A stretch of DNA of 64,000 nt. Origin: an uncultured Gammaproteobacteria bacterium (GTDB lineage: Bacteria; Pseudomonadota; Gammaproteobacteria; Steroidobacterales; Rariloculaceae). Both the position numbers and the translations under genes were made by a program. Location of the stretch: assembly GCA_964465375.1 (NCBI GenBank), contig CAYXIJ010000014.1:735-64734 (forward strand). The letters run 5' to 3'. A model generated the notes under the pieces. It had not been told where the DNA came from, searched no databases, and saw only the letters and a list, made by a program, of their open reading frames with translations. Each line of letters begins with the position of its first letter. The stretch's first letter is position 1. Positions 35,095 through 47,781 of this stretch are shown one piece after another.

Positions 35095-37955
35095 CCTTTC
35101 ATTGTGTTGGATTCTAGGGTCTGGTCCGCAGCTAGCACCTTCTTAAGGCATTTTCCTGTATGCGATTGAAAATGGGATGCAGTCATCTCCGGGGTTCCTG
35201 TCGTTACAATCTCTCCGCCTCCATCTCCACCCTCAGGGCCGAGGTCAATAATCCAGTCAGCAGTTTTAATTACCTCTAGGTTGTGTTCGATGATCACGAT
35301 GGTGTTACCTTGGTCGCGAAGACGGTAGAGTACTTCTAGGAGTCGTGCAATATCGTAGAAATGTAGGCCCGTCGTTGGCTCATCTAATACATATAGGGTT
35401 GAGCCAGTATTTCGTTTGGAAAGTTCCTTCGAAAGTTTTATGCGCTGAGCCTCGCCCCCGGATAATTTAGTTGCATTTTGGCCCAACTGAAGATACGAAA
35501 GACCGACTGCCATGAGTGTTTCAAGTCTTCGAGCAATCTGTGGAATGTTGCGGAAGAATTCTACTGCCTCTTCCACAGTGAGCTGAAGGACTTCGTAAAT
35601 GTTTTTGCTTTTATAGCGGACTTCCAATGTTTCACGGTTATATCGTTTTCCGCCGCAGAGATCGCACGGAACGTAAATATCAGGTAAGAAATGCATTTCC
35701 ACCTTTATGACTCCGTCTCCTCGGCAGGTTTCACATCGACCTCCTTTAACGTTAAAGCTGAATCGGCCAGGCTTGTATCCGCGTGAGCGCGCCTCTTGTG
35801 TAGAGGCGAATAATTCTCTAATGGGCGTAAAGAGCCCAACATAGGTAGCGGGGTTTGATCTCGGTGTGCGTCCTATCGGTCTTTGGTTAATATCGATTAC
35901 GCGATTAATGTGGTCTAATCCAGAGGCGCTCTCAAAGGGGGCGGGCTCAACTACGGTGTTGTTTAAGTGTTTTGCCATTATCCGATAAAGCGTGTCATTT
36001 ATGAGTGTGCTTTTGCCAGAGCCTGATACGCCAGTCACGCAAGTGATCAGACCAATCGGGATTTCAACATTGATTTTTTTGAGATTATTGCCGCATGCCC
36101 CTGTAATGCTTAGAACAGCCTTGGGGTTAAAGTAGCGTCGTTCGGGTGGTAGGGGAATCTTACGATGGCCAGCGAGGTATTGACCCGTTATGGACGCCGG
36201 GTTTCTTTTGATGGCGTCTACGGTTCCTTCTGCAATAATATGGCCTCCGTGAATACCCGCTCCTGGGCCCAAATCAATCAAGTGGTCTGCCGCAAGTATG
36301 GTCTCTGTATCATGCTCAACAACCAAAACAGTATTGCCTAAGTTTCGAAGTCCACGGAGAGTTTTCAGCAACTTCTTGTGGTCTCTTTGGTGTAGGCCTA
36401 TAGATGGCTCATCAAGGATGTACATAACCCCAACAAGCCCAGATCCAACTTGACTTGCGAGTCGGATGCGCTGCGCTTCACCACCAGATAATGTTTGAGC
36501 GCTGCGATCCAAAGTTAGATACTCAAGTCCTACGTTGACTAGAAATTGAAGACGATTTTGAATTTCTTTGATAATTTTGTCAGCAACCTCTCCGCGCCAG
36601 CCAGTTAATTTGAGGTTGGTAAAAAATTGTAATGCTTCTGTTATGTTCTTGTTTGTAATTGTCGGCAAAGCATTTTTTTCAATGAAAACGTTGCGCGCGG
36701 ATTCATTCAGTCTTTCACCGTTACAGTCGTTGCATGGCTGAATACTTTGATATTTGTTGAGTTGCTCACGAACTGCGTTTGATTCTGTTTCCTCGTACCG
36801 TCTTTGCATGTTCGGAATGATCCCCTCAAATGTATGACACCATTCGTTTTTTTCGCCATTTGTTTTTGTATACTGAAACTTTATTTGATTAGTGTCGCTA
36901 CCATATAGGATTACATTTCGTATCTTATTGCTTAAAGATTCGAAAGGCATTTCTATATCAAAATTATAGTGTGTAGCTAGCGATTGGATTAATTGAAAAT
37001 AGTAAGGATTGCGTCGATCCCAGCCCCTTATTGCGCCCCCTGCCAGAGAGATATTGGGGCACCCAACCACCTTGTGAGGATCGAAAAATTGATGTACTCC
37101 AAGCCCATCGCATTTGGTGCATGCGCCGGCAGGGTTATTGAATGAGAAAAATCTGGGTGAAAGCTCAGCTACGCTGTAGCTACAAATAGAGCAGGCAAAC
37201 TTATCTGAAAAAATCATAGCCTCAGCGTTCTCAACATCCATAGAAATGATCTGGGCTACGCCGCCACTGATATTCAGTGCGGTCTCAAAAGATTCCGTCA
37301 ACCTCAATCGAGATTCATATCTAACTCGAACGCGGTCTACCACCACCTGAATCTCATGCTTGCGCTTATAGTCTAATTTGGGAGGGTGGCTGAGATCATG
37401 GACAGTGCCATCAATTCTCGCACGCACAAAACCCTGGTCTCTGAGATTATCCAGTACCTTGTTGTGCTCACCTTTCCGCCCAGTGACTATAGGGGCTAAC
37501 AGCATCAAACGGGTATCTTTCTTCAGTGTAAGGACCTGGTCAACCATTTGTGAGACGCTTTGAGCATTCAGTGGAATCTGGTGAACGGGGCAGTAGGGAG
37601 TTCCAGCACGGGCAAATAGCAAGCGTAGATAGTCATAAATCTCTGTGACCGTGCCAACAGTTGAACGAGGGCTGTGAGAAATAGACCGTTGTTCGATCGA
37701 GATGGCTGGTGAGAGGCCCTCAATATGATCCACGTCTGGTTTTTCCATAATGGAGAGGAATTGGCGTGCGTAAGAGGATAGAGACTCAACATAGCGGCGC
37801 TGGCCCTCAGCATAAATTGTGTCAAATGCGAGTGATGACTTTCCTGAACCTGAAAGTCCCGTTAGCACAGTAAGGCGATTCCTGGGCAAATCCAGGTCAA
37901 CATTTTTTAAGTTATGGGTGCGTGCGCCCCTGATTTGAATGCGATTAATTGACAT
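35091..37955 (-). CDS. uvrA: Excinuclease ABC subunit A
   Basis: [14 protein letters not shown], two LSGGEAQRI signatures, GVSGSGKST, zinc fingers. Confidence 0.99.
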   Translation of the reverse strand: MSINRIQIRGARTHNLKNVDLDLPRNRLTVLTGLSGSGKSSLAFDTIYAEGQRRYVESLSSYARQFLSIMEKPDVDHIEGLSPAISIEQRSISHSPRSTVGTVTEIYDYLRLLFARAGTPYCPVHQIPLNAQSVSQMVDQVLTLKKDTRLMLLAPIVTGRKGEHNKVLDNLRDQGFVRARIDGTVHDLSHPPKLDYKRKHEIQVVVDRVRVRYESRLRLTESFETALNISGGVAQIISMDVENAEAMIFSDKFACSICSYSVAELSPRFFSFNNPAGACTKCDGLGVHQFFDPHKVVGCPNISLAGGAIRGWDRRNPYYFQLIQSLATHYNFDIEMPFESLSNKIRNVILYGSDTNQIKFQYTKTNGEKNEWCHTFEGIIPNMQRRYEETESNAVREQLNKYQSIQPCNDCNGERLNESARNVFIEKNALPTITNKNITEALQFFTNLKLTGWRGEVADKIIKEIQNRLQFLVNVGLEYLTLDRSAQTLSGGEAQRIRLASQVGSGLVGVMYILDEPSIGLHQRDHKKLLKTLRGLRNLGNTVLVVEHDTETILAADHLIDLGPGAGIHGGHIIAEGTVDAIKRNPASITGQYLAGHRKIPLPPERRYFNPKAVLSITGACGNNLKKINVEIPIGLITCVTGVSGSGKSTLINDTLYRIMAKHLNNTVVEPAPFESASGLDHINRVIDINQRPIGRTPRSNPATYVGLFTPIRELFASTQEARSRGYKPGRFSFNVKGGRCETCRGDGVIKVEMHFLPDIYVPCDLCGGKRYNRETLEVRYKSKNIYEVLQLTVEEAVEFFRNIPQIARRLETLMAVGLSYLQLGQNATKLSGGEAQRIKLSKELSKRNTGSTLYVLDEPTTGLHFYDIARLLEVLYRLRDQGNTIVIIEHNLEVIKTADWIIDLGPEGGDGGGEIVTTGTPEMTASHFQSHTGKCLKKVLAADQTLESNTMKG

Positions 37956-38217
37956 AGCTGAGAAAACGAGTCAAACATCCAACTATACGATGCTTTGATT
38001 TAGCAGCGCAAAAGATTATTAGGATGGGTAATATTTTCGCCTGTTTCCACAAGAATTGGATACCCATCTTCATCGTTAGTCTATTTGAGGAAAGCGTGAG
38101 CGTTTCACATAGGATATTGAAGAGTCAGATGTTTTTACTTAAGGGTCAGCGTACAATACGTAAATTGAGACGGGGCTTTGTATCTAGCCCAAAAGTTTGA
38201 CAATAAGGAGTTTCTCC

Positions 38218-38664
38218 ATGGCATCGAGGGGCGTTAACAAAGTCGTACTTATTGGAAGGTTGGGCGCAGACCCAGAAACTCGATATATGCCAAGTGGAGA
38301 TGCGGTAACAAACATTCGAATAGCCACGAGTGAGTCTTGGAAGGACAAGGATAGTGGGGAGCAAAAGGAACGAACAGAATGGCACCGAGTTGTCTTTTTT
38401 AAGAGGTTGGCAGAGATTACAGCTGAGTACCTGAGAAAAGGCTCTCAGGTTTATATTGAAGGCCGGATCCGGACGAATAAATGGCAAGATCGTGATGGAA
38501 ATGATCGTTACACAACGGAGATTGTTGCCAACGAAATGCAAATGCTTGGTGGACGATCAGAAAGTGGAGGGGCTAATCGCTCAGTAGATAGTCCAGCAAA
38601 GGAGCCGGCCGCAACCAATGAGTCGGCCTCAGCTGGAGATTTTGACGACGATATTCCATTTTAA
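38218..38664 (+). CDS. ssb: Single-stranded DNA-binding protein
   Basis: [20 protein letters not shown]-terminal DDDIPF; divergent from uvrA; SD AGGAG. Confidence 0.98.
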   Translation: MASRGVNKVVLIGRLGADPETRYMPSGDAVTNIRIATSESWKDKDSGEQKERTEWHRVVFFKRLAEITAEYLRKGSQVYIEGRIRTNKWQDRDGNDRYTTEIVANEMQMLGGRSESGGANRSVDSPAKEPAATNESASAGDFDDDIPF

Positions 38665-38757
38665 TTTGCCTAGGATTTTGTCCTACAAGATTGGTTCTAC
38701 TCAGGCTGGGTTTAGGTAGATTATCTTTTCGTCTTTTATAAGATACCAAAAAAAATA

Positions 38758-40101
38758 ATGACAGAACGACTATTCATTAAAACTTTTGGTTGTCAGATGA
38801 ATGAGTATGATTCAGCAAAAATGGCCGATGTACTCAAAGAAGCCTTTGGCACGAGCAAGGTAGAGCATCCACAGAATGCGGACATTCTTTTGCTGAATAC
38901 CTGCTCCGTCCGAGAAAAAGCTCAGGAAAAGGTTTTTTCCCTGCTTGGGAGGTGGCGGGCTTACAAGGCTCAAAAACCAAATACGATTATCGGTGTAGGT
39001 GGTTGCGTTGCTAGCCAGGAGGGCGATGCAATTTTTCGTAGGGCACCCTATGTAGATTTAGTTTTTGGTCCACAGACGTTGCACAGGCTCCCGGAAATGA
39101 TAGCTGCCATCCGCTCGGGGCAGCCTCGCATGTTGGATATAAGTTTTCCTGAAATAGAAAAATTTGATCGTCTACCAGCCCCGCAATTTTCTACTGCTTC
39201 GTCTTTTGTTTCCATTATGGAAGGTTGTAGTAAGTACTGCACATTTTGTGTTGTACCGTATACTCGCGGTGAGGAAATTAGCCGTCCGCTGAGTGACATC
39301 ATGGAAGAGATTAAGCAGCTAGCGGGCTTGGGTGTAAGTGAGATTACACTTCTCGGGCAGAATGTGAATGCTTACAGGGGGCGTGGTATTGCTGGTGAGA
39401 TATCTGATTTGGCAGCGCTAATCCGACAAGTAGCAAAGATTGATAAGATCCAGCGAATTCGTTTTACTACATCTCATCCGGTTGAGTTTAGCGATTCCCT
39501 AATAGAGGCTTATGCTGATGTACCGAAGCTTGTCAACTTTTTACACCTTCCTGTTCAGAGTGGATCGGATCGCATCCTTAGGCGAATGAAGCGTGGCTAT
39601 ACCGCTACGCAATACATACAGAAAATAGATAAACTCCGCAGTATTAGGCCTGATATATCGGTGTCCTCTGATTTTATTGTTGGGTTTCCAGGTGAGGAGG
39701 AGGAGGATTTCCGAGCAACTATGGAGCTTATTCGAAAGGTTGGGTTTGATCAGTCTTTCAGTTTTATCTATAGCGGGAGGCCAGGGACGCCAGCAGCGAG
39801 CATGAAAGATCCTACCCCACGCACAGCTAAGCAGGCCCGGCTGACGGAGCTTCAAGCATTGGTGAACAGGCAGGCGCAGGCTATTAGTTATCGAATGATC
39901 GGCTCCGTTCAGCGCATTTTGGTGGAAAAATTTTCAAAGCGCTCACAGAACGAACTCGCTGGTCGTACTGAGAATAATAGATGGGTGAATTTTTTTGGTG
40001 ATCCAACTTTAATTGGCCAATTTGTAGATACTGTCATTACGGATGCACTGCCAAATAGCCTAAGAGGCCGCATTCATACGGGCCATAAATTTGTTGCATA
40101 A
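38758..40101 (+). CDS. miaB: tRNA (i6A37) methylthiotransferase MiaB
   Basis: [20 protein letters not shown], radical [13 protein letters not shown]-terminal TRAM domain. Confidence 0.97.
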   Translation: MTERLFIKTFGCQMNEYDSAKMADVLKEAFGTSKVEHPQNADILLLNTCSVREKAQEKVFSLLGRWRAYKAQKPNTIIGVGGCVASQEGDAIFRRAPYVDLVFGPQTLHRLPEMIAAIRSGQPRMLDISFPEIEKFDRLPAPQFSTASSFVSIMEGCSKYCTFCVVPYTRGEEISRPLSDIMEEIKQLAGLGVSEITLLGQNVNAYRGRGIAGEISDLAALIRQVAKIDKIQRIRFTTSHPVEFSDSLIEAYADVPKLVNFLHLPVQSGSDRILRRMKRGYTATQYIQKIDKLRSIRPDISVSSDFIVGFPGEEEEDFRATMELIRKVGFDQSFSFIYSGRPGTPAASMKDPTPRTAKQARLTELQALVNRQAQAISYRMIGSVQRILVEKFSKRSQNELAGRTENNRWVNFFGDPTLIGQFVDTVITDALPNSLRGRIHTGHKFVA

Positions 40102-41098
40102 AATTCCGGAGTCCTCTTTCATTCGTTTAGAGCTAGTTTTAGAGCCTAATGATCATCGGCGCATGGCGAATCTTTCTGGTCACCTAGACGAGCATTTGCG
40201 TCAGATTGAGAAAGGCCTCAACATTAAAATAAAGAATCGTGGCAACCGGTTTCAGCTCAAGGGGCCGGAGGATTCCGCAGAAGTAGGACGCCAGGTTTTA
40301 AAGGATCTATTCGCAGCGACTAAGAAAGTAAATATAGATCCCGAGCGGGTACACATGTCTTTGCAAGAACATTCTAGACCGGAAGGAAAGCCTGAAGAAA
40401 AAGACGAAATTATTAAGACCCGAAGAAAAGGTATACGTGCCAGAGGATCAAACCAAATGGCCTATGTACGCTCCATCAGGGCCGAGGATCTTACGTTTGG
40501 TATAGGTCCTGCTGGTACTGGTAAGACTTATTTAGCGGTAGCGGCCAGTGTTGAAGCTCTAGAGACTGATCAAGTCCGCAGAATTGTCTTAGTTCGGCCG
40601 GCTGTAGAGGCTGGTGAGCGACTCGGGTTTCTTCCTGGTGACATGTCACAGAAAGTTGATCCGTATTTGAAGCCCATGTATGACGCACTTTACGAAATGA
40701 TGGGTTTTGAGCGGGTTAGTCGACTTATTGAGCAGAATATAATTGAAATTGCACCTCTAGCTTTTATGCGCGGTCGGACGTTGAACGAGTGTTTCATTAT
40801 ATTGGATGAAGCTCAGAATACCACCGTCGAACAAATGAAAATGTTTTTGACTCGGATTGGTTTTGGTTCTCGTACAGTAGTTACCGGAGATGTGACTCAG
40901 ACCGACCTACCAAAAGGTCGTGAGTCGGGACTTAGACACGTAACCCGCGTGCTCAGGTATTTGTCGGGAGTTGCCTTCATTCATTTCGGGCCAAGGGATG
41001 TTGTTCGTCATTCCTTAGTTCAGCAGATAGTTGAGGCCTATGCTCAAGAGGAAAGGGAAGAGGAAGAGGAAGAGGAAGATCGCAGGGGGGCTGGATGA
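40091..41098 (+). CDS. phoH: PhoH-family ATPase (YbeZ)
   Basis: [37 protein letters not shown]; start uncertain. Confidence 0.95.
   Translation: MLHKIPESSFIRLELVLEPNDHRRMANLSGHLDEHLRQIEKGLNIKIKNRGNRFQLKGPEDSAEVGRQVLKDLFAATKKVNIDPERVHMSLQEHSRPEGKPEEKDEIIKTRRKGIRARGSNQMAYVRSIRAEDLTFGIGPAGTGKTYLAVAASVEALETDQVRRIVLVRPAVEAGERLGFLPGDMSQKVDPYLKPMYDALYEMMGFERVSRLIEQNIIEIAPLAFMRGRTLNECFIILDEAQNTTVEQMKMFLTRIGFGSRTVVTGDVTQTDLPKGRESGLRHVTRVLRYLSGVAFIHFGPRDVVRHSLVQQIVEAYAQEEREEEEEEEDRRGAG
41057..41080 (+). repeat. In-frame hexamer tandem repeat (GAAGAG)3+GAAGAT encoding a poly-Glu tail
   Basis: Read directly at the 3' end of phoH. Confidence 0.7.
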
Positions 41099-41565
41099 CA
41101 AGTGCTGGTTTAGCAGTTGATGTGCAGGATGCGTCGGGCAGTCAATCAGTGCCTGAGCATGGACGCATAAAAAACTGGGTAATCCATGCCTTATCAAGGG
41201 GGGTCCTAGGGGAAATCACTGTGCGTGTTGTTACCGAAGCTGAAGGCAGTCATCTGAATGAAGTTTATCGTCACGGTGTGGGCCCGACGAATGTGTTGGC
41301 CTTTCCGGCCGAGTTTGCTACTCCTGACTTAGTGGCAGATGCAGTTCCCTTGGGAGATATAGTGGTCTGCGCGCCAGTTATAGAACGAGAAGCTAATTTT
41401 CAAGGAATTGAATTAGATGCCTACTGGGCACATATGGTGATTCATGGTGTTCTTCACTTGATGGGCTTCGATCATCAAACATCGGAAGATACGGCAATTA
41501 TGGAGGCTCGAGAAAAAGAGCTTCTGAGGGGGCTTGGTTTCACAAGTTTGTTTTATGAAACTTAA
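41095..41565 (+). CDS. ybeY: rRNA maturation protein YbeY
   Basis: PTNVLAFP, LGDIVVC, IHGVLHLMGFDH. Confidence 0.96.
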   Translation: MTSAGLAVDVQDASGSQSVPEHGRIKNWVIHALSRGVLGEITVRVVTEAEGSHLNEVYRHGVGPTNVLAFPAEFATPDLVADAVPLGDIVVCAPVIEREANFQGIELDAYWAHMVIHGVLHLMGFDHQTSEDTAIMEAREKELLRGLGFTSLFYET

Positions 41566-41626
41566 GTGTTTTTCTTGCATGGGGAGCGCTGGGGTTGCAA
41601 GATGTATCCTCAGGTGTGGTTCTTAG

Positions 41627-42496
41627 ATGTCAGAAGATAAAACTTCCACCAACAAGGACACCGGCGGAAAATCTAGCTGGTGGACCCGTTTATTTCAAGA
41701 CCGCGTTTACGAAGCCAAGGGTAGAGAGGAAATTATTAGTTTTCTGGCGGAGTGTTGCCGTAGGAATTTATTGGCTGGCGATGAACATGCCATGCTCCAG
41801 GGTGTTTTGGAAGTTTCTGAAACCCACGTGCGAGACATCATGGTGCCTCGTTCTCACATGGTCGTATTGGATCAGGAAGATTCGCCGGACACTTTGCTTA
41901 AAATAATCGTTGATTCTGGTCATTCCCGCTTTCCAGTAATAGGTGAAGATAGGGATGAAGTGGTGGGAATATTGCTTGCTAAGGATCTTCTGCGTTATTT
42001 TAAGGAGCATGGCAGCGAGAAGCAGTTTGATATTTATACAATGCTTCGCCCACCAGTTTTCATTCCAGAGAGCAAGCGTCTCAACATGCTTCTGACAGAG
42101 TTTCGAGAAAGCCAGAACCATATGGCCATCGTAGTAGATGAGTACGGCGGGGTAGCGGGCCTAGCAACTATCGAGGATGTTTTGGAGCAAATTGTTGGCG
42201 ACATAGATGACGAGCATGATGCAGAGGAACTTGAATATATTCAAGATCAGAAAAATGGGTGTTTCCTGGTTCTTGCATTGACAAGAATCGAGGATTTTAA
42301 TGAATTCTTCGAGGTTAGTATGAGTGATGAAGAATATGACACCATCGGCGGTTTAATCATGCACGAGTTAGGTCGTTTGCCGCGCCGAGGGGAGGTGTTA
42401 GAATTTGAGAAGTTCCAGTTCAAGACGTTGCGAGCTGACCGGAGGCGCATCCACAGCGTGGAAGTGTCACCTCTTCAAGGCAATTCTTTGCAATAA
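41627..42496 (+). CDS. corC: CBS-domain Mg/Co homeostasis protein CorC (YbeX)
   Basis: VRDIMVPR, GHSRFPV, HMAIVVDEYGG, IEDVLEQIVGDI. Confidence 0.95.
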   Translation: MSEDKTSTNKDTGGKSSWWTRLFQDRVYEAKGREEIISFLAECCRRNLLAGDEHAMLQGVLEVSETHVRDIMVPRSHMVVLDQEDSPDTLLKIIVDSGHSRFPVIGEDRDEVVGILLAKDLLRYFKEHGSEKQFDIYTMLRPPVFIPESKRLNMLLTEFRESQNHMAIVVDEYGGVAGLATIEDVLEQIVGDIDDEHDAEELEYIQDQKNGCFLVLALTRIEDFNEFFEVSMSDEEYDTIGGLIMHELGRLPRRGEVLEFEKFQFKTLRADRRRIHSVEVSPLQGNSLQ

Positions 42497-42526
42497 TTTT
42501 TTTATAGGCAGGTCATAGAATTGGTC

Positions 42527-44023
42527 ATGGTAAGCCTTGATCATTGGAAGCTGCTTACTGCATTATTGGCTGGTGCCATTTTGCCTCTGTCTTTTGCTCC
42601 ATTCGAATTTTTCTGGTTAGCTCCATTTTGCTATGCAGCGCTTTTTCGAGTATGGGGTGGCGCATCTCCAGCTAATGCTTTTCAATTTGGTTTCGCGTTT
42701 GGGGTTGCAAGTTTTTTTTCTGGAGTTCATTGGGTTTACATAAGTATTCACGATTATGGTGAAGCTCCTATTTCTCTCTCCCTCATTCTTACCGCGGTAC
42801 TAGTTGCCTTTTTGGCTTGCTATATAGGGTTGGTTGGATGGATTGCAGCACGATGGTTTTCAACTACTGGTCCATGGGCTTTGCTTGGGATTTTTCCAGC
42901 ACTCTGGGTATTTTTAGAATGGTGTCGAGGTTGGCTTCTTAGTGGGTTTGGCTGGCTATCAGCCGGTTATAGTCAGACGGATTCGTGGCTCATGGGTCAT
43001 GTTCCTGTAGTTGGGTTGTACGGAATTAGCTGGATAGTTTTAATTTCTGCAGGAGCCATGCTTGTTTTGATCGATGCGACAAATCGACAGAGAATCCAGA
43101 CACTTACATTTATTATGATTCTGTGGGGGTCCGGATTGATTTCTGGCAACTATCGTTGGACAGATCCGCGTGAAAACAGCTTAAGTGTTGCTCTCGTACA
43201 GGGGGCAGTTAACCAAAACCTCAAATGGCGCCCTGAGCAGTTAGCGCCAACGCTTGATTTGTATCAAAAACTTACTGAGCAGGCAGATGGAAGCGAATTA
43301 ATCATCTGGCCCGAAGCAGCAATACCGGCCTTGTATGGACAAGTAACGGACTACCTGGAAGAAATACGCGGGGAGGCGGCAAGACAGAAGGCAACGGTGA
43401 TGTTGGGAATCCTAAGGGATGATCCTGAGGGTGGTACATTCCAGAACACACTTGTTGCACTTACTGATCCACCTCTTTTTTATGTGAAGAGACATCTTGT
43501 GCCGTTCGGAGAGTATTTCCCCGTACCTGAATTTGTTCGTAACTGGATGAGGCTTACTAGCTTGCCGTATACAGATGCGGTAGCTGGTTCGAATAATCAG
43601 CTACCACTCGAAATTGCTGGTGAGCGTATTGCCATAACCATTTGTTATGAAGATGTCTTTGGGGCAGAGCAACTGGGTTTTTTTGATAATGCATCTTTGC
43701 TTGTGAATATAAGCAATGATGCATGGTTTGGAAACTCCATAGCGCCGCATCAGCATCTTCAGATTGCTCGATTTAGAGCAGCAGAAGTTGGCCGCTACTT
43801 GCTTCGAGCTACAAACACGGGGGTATCGGCAATTATCGATCCGCGGGGACGTGTTATTGCAAGGTCTCCTCAGTTTGTACCAGATTTGCTTAAAGGAAGC
43901 GTGCGGGGCTTTCTGGGATTTACGCCATATGCTCGATGGGGAAATTATCCAATTGTTCTTGGAGCTCTATTTACCTTGTTGCTTCACTTCGTTCCAATGA
44001 CGAAATTTACGATGCGCTCTTGA
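42527..44023 (+). CDS. lnt: Apolipoprotein N-acyltransferase
   Basis: [33 protein letters not shown] (E-K-C triad). Confidence 0.96.
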   Translation: MVSLDHWKLLTALLAGAILPLSFAPFEFFWLAPFCYAALFRVWGGASPANAFQFGFAFGVASFFSGVHWVYISIHDYGEAPISLSLILTAVLVAFLACYIGLVGWIAARWFSTTGPWALLGIFPALWVFLEWCRGWLLSGFGWLSAGYSQTDSWLMGHVPVVGLYGISWIVLISAGAMLVLIDATNRQRIQTLTFIMILWGSGLISGNYRWTDPRENSLSVALVQGAVNQNLKWRPEQLAPTLDLYQKLTEQADGSELIIWPEAAIPALYGQVTDYLEEIRGEAARQKATVMLGILRDDPEGGTFQNTLVALTDPPLFYVKRHLVPFGEYFPVPEFVRNWMRLTSLPYTDAVAGSNNQLPLEIAGERIAITICYEDVFGAEQLGFFDNASLLVNISNDAWFGNSIAPHQHLQIARFRAAEVGRYLLRATNTGVSAIIDPRGRVIARSPQFVPDLLKGSVRGFLGFTPYARWGNYPIVLGALFTLLLHFVPMTKFTMRS

Positions 44024-46599
44024 ACATAGATAGCCCGTTTCACATCTTTGCCGATCAAATATCGAGAAACGTTCTCATCTTCTCGGGCTAATGCGAGTAC
44101 CTCGTCTTCTTGCGCGTTAAATGGAATAGTTATTCGTCCGCGCATTTTTCCGTTGATCTGAACCGGGATTTCTAAGCTTTCTTTTTTTAGATAGGCTGGA
44201 TTGGTTTGTGGCCAGGCTTCGTAGGCAAGGGATTCCTTGTTACCTAGTCTAGCCCAGAGTTCCTCAGCAATATGGGGTGCTAGAGGTGCCAGGATTAGTG
44301 CGAATGATTTTGCTACGCTGTGCGGTAGGGTTGCCCATTTGTTGGCGGTGTTTACAAACTCCATCAATGCAGCTATGGCTGTATTAAAACGCATCGATTC
44401 TATATCTTCCGTTACGACCCTTATGGTTTCATGGAGGACCTGCAGCTGATCGGCCGATGGTTCCTGGTTCTTGATGCTTGGCTTTATATCGCCTTTTTTG
44501 TCATCTACAATGAGGCGCCACGCTCGGTTAAGAAACCGTTTTGTGCCTTCAACACCACTAGTATTCCAGGGTTTCACCTGTTCCAGGGGGCCCATAAACA
44601 TTTCATATAATCGGAACGCATCCGCGCCATAAGATTTGATTATTTTATCCGGATTGACCACATTACCACGGCTTTTGCTCATCTTATGGGCCTTGGAATG
44701 GACCTTTATATCTGGGTTATCAGCGAGAACGAAATGGTCATCTTTTTTTATTATTTCCTGCCCGCTGACGGAAACACTCTCAAGTTTTTTTCCAGAACGG
44801 GTGTCATGCTGATCATGAACGTGTTCTGCTGAGATTGCTGTGCCGGCTTCATTAACATACTTTTTGTGCTCGAGCTCTCCCAGAATCATTCCTTGGTGCA
44901 CTAGTTTTGCAAAAGGTTCTGATGTAGACACAATTCCTGCATCATGTAGCACCTTGTGCCAAAAACGAGCATATAAAAGATGCAGCACTGCGTGCTCTTG
45001 GCCCCCTACATAGAGATCCACCGGCATCCAGTAATTTTCTTTATCTGCCGATACTATTTCCGCATGATTTTTTGGGTCTAGGTAGCGTAAGTAATACCAA
45101 CAGGATCCTGCCCATTGTGGCATCGTATTGGTTTCCCGCTTGGCATCCTTTCCAGTTTTCTGCACCATGGTGTTTAGCCATTTTTCAGCAGCGACCAATG
45201 GACCCTCGAGCGTACCACTTGGTTTAAATTTCTTAATTTCGGGGAGCTCTACCGGGAGCTCTTCATCAGGAACAGCAAATGGTATTCCGTCCACGAACAC
45301 AATAGGAAAAGGCTCGCCCCAGTAACGCTGTCTTGAAAACAACCAATTCCTAAGTTTGTAGTTGACTATGGGATTTCCTACATTTTTTTCTTTAAGCCAA
45401 ATAATTATTCTTTTTTTTGCTTCTTCCACACTTAAACCGTCAAGAAAATCACTATTAATTGAGGGACCTTGTCCTGTATAGGCTTCACCTTCAAAATTTT
45501 CTGGGGGCGCGACAGTACGAATAATTGGGAGTCCATGCACTTTAGCGAATTCCCAATCTCTCTGATCCTCCCCTGGAACTGCCATAATAGCTCCCGTGCC
45601 GTAGTTGCCTAGAACGTAATCTGCGATCCAGATAGGAATTCGTTTTTTGTTAGCTGGATTGATTGCATATGATCCTGTGAATATCCCTGTTTTGGACTTT
45701 TGAAGATCTGATCGTTCAAGTTCACTCTTGCGTGTGGCTTGTATGCAATACTTTTGAACTTGTTTGTGTTGTGCGCCCTTCGTCAGGTTGCTTACGATAG
45801 GGTGTTCTGGGGCTATTACTATGTATGTAGCACCAAACAATGTGTCGGGGCGCGTAGTGAAAACCCGAATGGTTTCAGGGCTTTCCGCAATACTGAAGTC
45901 AATCTGTGCTCCTTCGCTACGGCCGATCCAGTTACGCTGCATTTCTTTAGTACTTTCAGGCCAGTCAAGTTTGTCAAGACCATCCAATAGCTTGTCGGCA
46001 TACTCGGTTATTTTTAGGACCCATTGGCGCAGGGGTCGACGCGTACATGGAAACCCCCCCACTTCGGATTTACCGTCGATGACTTCTTCATTAGCTAAGG
46101 TTGTACCTAATTCCTCACACCACCAGACGGGCATCTCTTCCTGATAGGCTAGGCCGCGCTCAAAGAGTTTCTTAAAGATCCACTGGGTCCATTTATAATA
46201 ATGAGGATCGGTGGTGTTAATTTCGCGGTCCCAGTCATACGAAAAACCTAGTGATTTCAGCTGCTTCCTGAAGCGGTTAATATTCCTTTCAGTAGTGATT
46301 TTTGGATGAGTTCCCGTCCTAAGGGCAAACTGTTCCGTTGGTAGACCAAAAGCATCCCAGCCAATAGGATGTAGTACGTTAAAGCCCTTCATTCTTTTAT
46401 AACGCGCAACAATATCAGAGGCGGTATAACCTTCTGGGTGTCCTACGTGTAGACCGTCTCCACTTGGGTAGGGGAACATATCTAGGGCGTAGAATTTCGG
46501 TCGACTTTGATCTATTTTGTCCGGAACCCGAAAAGTTTTGTTGGTGTACCAGTAGTCCTGCCACTTGGTCTCGATTTCTTTATAGGGATAACCTACCAT
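43984..46599 (-). CDS. leuS: Leucine--tRNA ligase ([10 protein letters not shown] subtype)
   Basis: [54 protein letters not shown]. Confidence 0.97.
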   Translation of the reverse strand: MVGYPYKEIETKWQDYWYTNKTFRVPDKIDQSRPKFYALDMFPYPSGDGLHVGHPEGYTASDIVARYKRMKGFNVLHPIGWDAFGLPTEQFALRTGTHPKITTERNINRFRKQLKSLGFSYDWDREINTTDPHYYKWTQWIFKKLFERGLAYQEEMPVWWCEELGTTLANEEVIDGKSEVGGFPCTRRPLRQWVLKITEYADKLLDGLDKLDWPESTKEMQRNWIGRSEGAQIDFSIAESPETIRVFTTRPDTLFGATYIVIAPEHPIVSNLTKGAQHKQVQKYCIQATRKSELERSDLQKSKTGIFTGSYAINPANKKRIPIWIADYVLGNYGTGAIMAVPGEDQRDWEFAKVHGLPIIRTVAPPENFEGEAYTGQGPSINSDFLDGLSVEEAKKRIIIWLKEKNVGNPIVNYKLRNWLFSRQRYWGEPFPIVFVDGIPFAVPDEELPVELPEIKKFKPSGTLEGPLVAAEKWLNTMVQKTGKDAKRETNTMPQWAGSCWYYLRYLDPKNHAEIVSADKENYWMPVDLYVGGQEHAVLHLLYARFWHKVLHDAGIVSTSEPFAKLVHQGMILGELEHKKYVNEAGTAISAEHVHDQHDTRSGKKLESVSVSGQEIIKKDDHFVLADNPDIKVHSKAHKMSKSRGNVVNPDKIIKSYGADAFRLYEMFMGPLEQVKPWNTSGVEGTKRFLNRAWRLIVDDKKGDIKPSIKNQEPSADQLQVLHETIRVVTEDIESMRFNTAIAALMEFVNTANKWATLPHSVAKSFALILAPLAPHIAEELWARLGNKESLAYEAWPQTNPAYLKKESLEIPVQINGKMRGRITIPFNAQEDEVLALAREDENVSRYLIGKDVKRAIYVQERIVNFVIGTK

Positions 46600-46645
46600 G
46601 ATGGTGTTGCATGATCTTCATAAATTCCACCAGAATCAAGTAAGT

Positions 46646-47173
46646 ATGATTTTTATTTTGTTATGGCGTAGCGCACCGCACTTTGGATTCATAGGGGCAG
46701 TTGTTCTTATGCTTGGTGGGTGCGGATTTCATCTGGAGGGACTTGGAACCCTTCCGAACGCTATGGCACTAACCTATCTTGAGAGCGATAAGTCCTATAC
46801 TGATTTCTATATTAGTATGCAGAATGCCCTAAGGATCAATGGTTCCAGTCTAGTCGGTTCTCCAGGGGAGGCTGGCGCTATATTAAAGATTCTAGATGAT
46901 AGTACGGGGCAAAGGGTTTTATCGGTCTCAGCTCTTAATACGCCTCGCGAGTATGAGGTTTTTTATGCTATCACTTTTTCTTTGCAAGTTGGCGTTCAGT
47001 CTTTGATATCCTCCGAGTCGCTAATTGTTACTCGAAGCTACACGTACGATGAGACTCGAGTGCTCGGCAAAAGTGCTGAGGAGCGGGATTTGCGACGGGC
47101 GCTCGCAGATGACTTGGTAAGACAGGTATTACGTAGAATTCAGGCGAGCCGGCCCCGTGCGCCTTCGGGTTGA
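46646..47173 (+). CDS. lptE: LPS assembly lipoprotein LptE
   Basis: Lipobox LGGC followed by GFHL; YTYDETRVLGKSAEE; position beside leuS; start estimated. Confidence 0.88.
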   Translation: MIFILLWRSAPHFGFIGAVVLMLGGCGFHLEGLGTLPNAMALTYLESDKSYTDFYISMQNALRINGSSLVGSPGEAGAILKILDDSTGQRVLSVSALNTPREYEVFYAITFSLQVGVQSLISSESLIVTRSYTYDETRVLGKSAEERDLRRALADDLVRQVLRRIQASRPRAPSG

Positions 47174-47209
47174 TCACAAAGATTCTGAGGCTGAAGGATT
47201 TTACTGACT

Positions 47210-47680
47210 TTAAAGTTTCGTTGGACTTGGATTATCCCCATAGACAACTTTTGGGTCGAACACTTTCTCGCTGTCGGTAAATTCAAGTTTCAGGCGGGAT
47301 GAATCATCATGCAGCGATACGCGGCGATAGAAACAAGATCGATAGCCCACATGACAACTTGCCCCTCCTGCAATGTTTACTTTTAGCAACACACAATCTT
47401 GATCGTCATCGATCATCAGTTCCTTGACTGTCTGCATTAAGCCGCTGGTTGCTCCTTTGTGCCACAATTGGTTCCTGCTACGGCTGAAATAATATGCCTC
47501 GCCAGTTTTGATCGTTTTCTCCAGGGCTTCCGCATTCATGTATCCATGCATGAGAACCTCGCCGGTTTCATAGTCCGTTGTAATTGCCGGTATCAGGCCA
47601 TCACCATCAAATTTTGGGGCTAGTTGGGCCCCCTCTTCTACTTGCTCTACACTGCGACGGGGAAAAAATTTTTCGGACAT
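47210..47680 (-). CDS. hisI: Phosphoribosyl-AMP cyclohydrolase (DDDQD variant)
   Basis: [36 protein letters not shown]; ATG 47680 with AAGGA SD. Confidence 0.92.
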   Translation of the reverse strand: MSEKFFPRRSVEQVEEGAQLAPKFDGDGLIPAITTDYETGEVLMHGYMNAEALEKTIKTGEAYYFSRSRNQLWHKGATSGLMQTVKELMIDDDQDCVLLKVNIAGGASCHVGYRSCFYRRVSLHDDSSRLKLEFTDSEKVFDPKVVYGDNPSPTKL

Positions 47681-47781
47681 TTCCTTGGCGTCCTTTCTCT
47701 TAAAGCCTAAATTATAGGTCACTCCTCTGCACTTGTTATCATAGGGTACTGACTTTTTTATGACAGTGGAATTTCTTTGAA

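Noticed and set aside
41057-41080. Poly-Glu repeat in phoH as a contingency locus
   Set aside because: Only about four in-frame units in a non-conserved tail; length change would not switch expression
47681-47781. Possible Zur box between hisI and cysS
   Set aside because: Only one TGTTAT half-site; no matching ATAACA arm at the right spacing
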